In this document: piece by piece, positions 62,529-64,000 of the stretch
How the letters are laid out: every line of letters begins with the position of its first letter
How positions within the stretch are numbered: position 1 is the first letter of the stretch
Assembly: GCA_030390025.1 (NCBI GenBank)
Contig: JASTWF010000035.1
Span: forward strand, 2,108,001 to 2,172,000
DNA: 64,000 bases
Direction: 5' to 3'
Source of the DNA: Squalus acanthias
Taxonomy: Eukaryota
Notes under the pieces: model-generated
What the model was told of the DNA's origin: nothing
Databases searched by the model: none
Seen by the model: the letters and a program-made list of their open reading frames with translations, nothing else
Position numbers and translations under genes: made by a program

Positions 62529-64000
62529 GGAGGGAAGAAAAACTGGAATTGGAAAACAAAAACGTAGAAAGTAAATTGGAAGGATAGAGGAATCAAGGGC
62601 TAGATAATAGTCAACAAAGAGGTTTGCCTGTACTAAATGGTATATACTTCAATGCAAGGAGTATAGCAAACAAGGCAGATGAGCTGAGGGCACAGGTAGA
62701 TACTTGGGACTATGATATTATAGCTATTACAGAGACGTGGCTGAAAGAGGGGCAGGTATGGCAGCTCAACATTCCTGGTTACAGGATTTTCAGACGGGAT
62801 AGAGAGGGAGGTAAAAAGGGAGGGGGGGTCGCAGTATTGATTAAAGAAACTATTACAGCTGTGAGGAGGGATGATATGTTGGAGGGATCATCAAACGAGG
62901 CCATATGGGTCGAATTGAAAAACACAAAAAAAGTGCGATCACACTGCTGGGAGTGTACTACAGACCCCCAAACAGTGAGAGGGAGATAGGAGAACAAATA
63001 TGTTGACAAACTTCTGAGAAGTGCAAAAACTATAGGGCAGTAATAGTAGGGGATTTCAACTACCCCAATATTAACTGGGATACAATTAGTGTGAAGGGTA
63101 CAGAGTGTGCGGAATTCCTAAAATGCATCCAGGAGAACTTTTTTAGCCAGTATGTCACAAGCCCAACAAGAGAGGGGGTGGTTCTGGACTTAGTATTAGG
63201 GAGTGAAGCTGGGCAGGTAGAAGGCGTATCAGTGGGGGAGCATTTTGGTGCTAGTGACCATAATTCTGTTAGATTTAAGATATTTATGGAAAAGGACAAG
63301 GATAGACCAGGAATAAAAATTCTAAATTGGGGAAAAGCAAATTTTGCTGAGCTCAGAGGGGATTTAGCCATAGTGGACTGGAAACAGCTACTTGAAGGTA
63401 AATCAGTGTCAGAGCAGTGGGAGGCATTCAAGGAGGAGATCCGGAGGGTTCAGACCAAATATGTGCCCTTAAAGAAAAAAGGTGGGACTAACAAATCTAG
63501 AGCCCCCTGGATGTCTAGGGACATACAGGGTAGGATAAAGAAAAAAAGGGAGGCGTATGACAGATACCGAGGGCTAAATACTCCAGAATCTTTAGAGGAG
63601 TACAGAAAGTGCAGGGGTGCAATTAAAAAGGATATTAGGAAAGCAAAGAGAGAGCATGAAAAATTCTTGGCAAGTAAAATCAAGGAAAACCCAAAGATGT
63701 TTTATAAATATATTAAGAGTAAGAGAATAACTAAAGAAAGTGTAGGGCCTATTCGAGATCATGAGGGTAATCTGTGTGTGGAGGCGGGAGATGTCGGTAG
63801 GGTTCTTAATTAATTCTTTGCGTCTGTTTTCACAAAGGAGAGGGGTGAAGCAGACATTGCTATCGGGGGGGAGGAGTGTGAAATATCAGATGAAATAAAC
63901 ATAATGAGGGAGGAAGTATTAAGGGGTTTAGCAGCTTTAAAAGTGGATAAATCCCCAGGCCCGGATGAAATGTATCCCAGGCTGTTAAGTGAAGAAAAAG
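62526..64000 (+). mobile_element. decayed CR1 ORF2 5' part, runs off the window
   Basis: YFNARS, ITETW, GDFN, SDH, KSPGPD. Confidence 0.92.

Overview
Repeat-saturated vertebrate genomic DNA, most likely from a cartilaginous fish, because it carries HE1/V-SINE-type SINEs whose 3' tails match the resident CR1 LINEs. The only host gene is an ADAM metalloprotease (ADAM12/19/33/15-like) on the minus strand. Four exons with GT-AG boundaries and compatible phases encode the end of the Cys-rich domain, the EGF-like domain and the TM segment (60564-60372, 51643-51566, 41311-41197, 12282-12132). Its introns hold many nested elements: CR1 LINEs (one with an uninterrupted ORF2), a second poly(A)-tailed CR1-group LINE, L2 and RTE fragments, two PIF/Harbinger transposons with several MITEs, large minisatellites, and a 9.2-kb pol-less LTR element (tRNA-Lys PBS, 4-bp TSD, gag-like ORF, two env-like TM remnants). 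Three observations stand out. (1) A T TTA AAC slippery heptamer sits at the ORF1 stop of all four CR1 ORF1/ORF2 junctions, with ORF2 in the -1 frame and usually no AUG, suggesting programmed -1 frameshifting. (2) Two tiny TSD-flanked Penelope-type inserts each carry a minimal hammerhead ribozyme. (3) The LTR element encodes a decayed mini-Env-like protein. All calls were made by eye; no database search was run, and many repeat boundaries are approximate.
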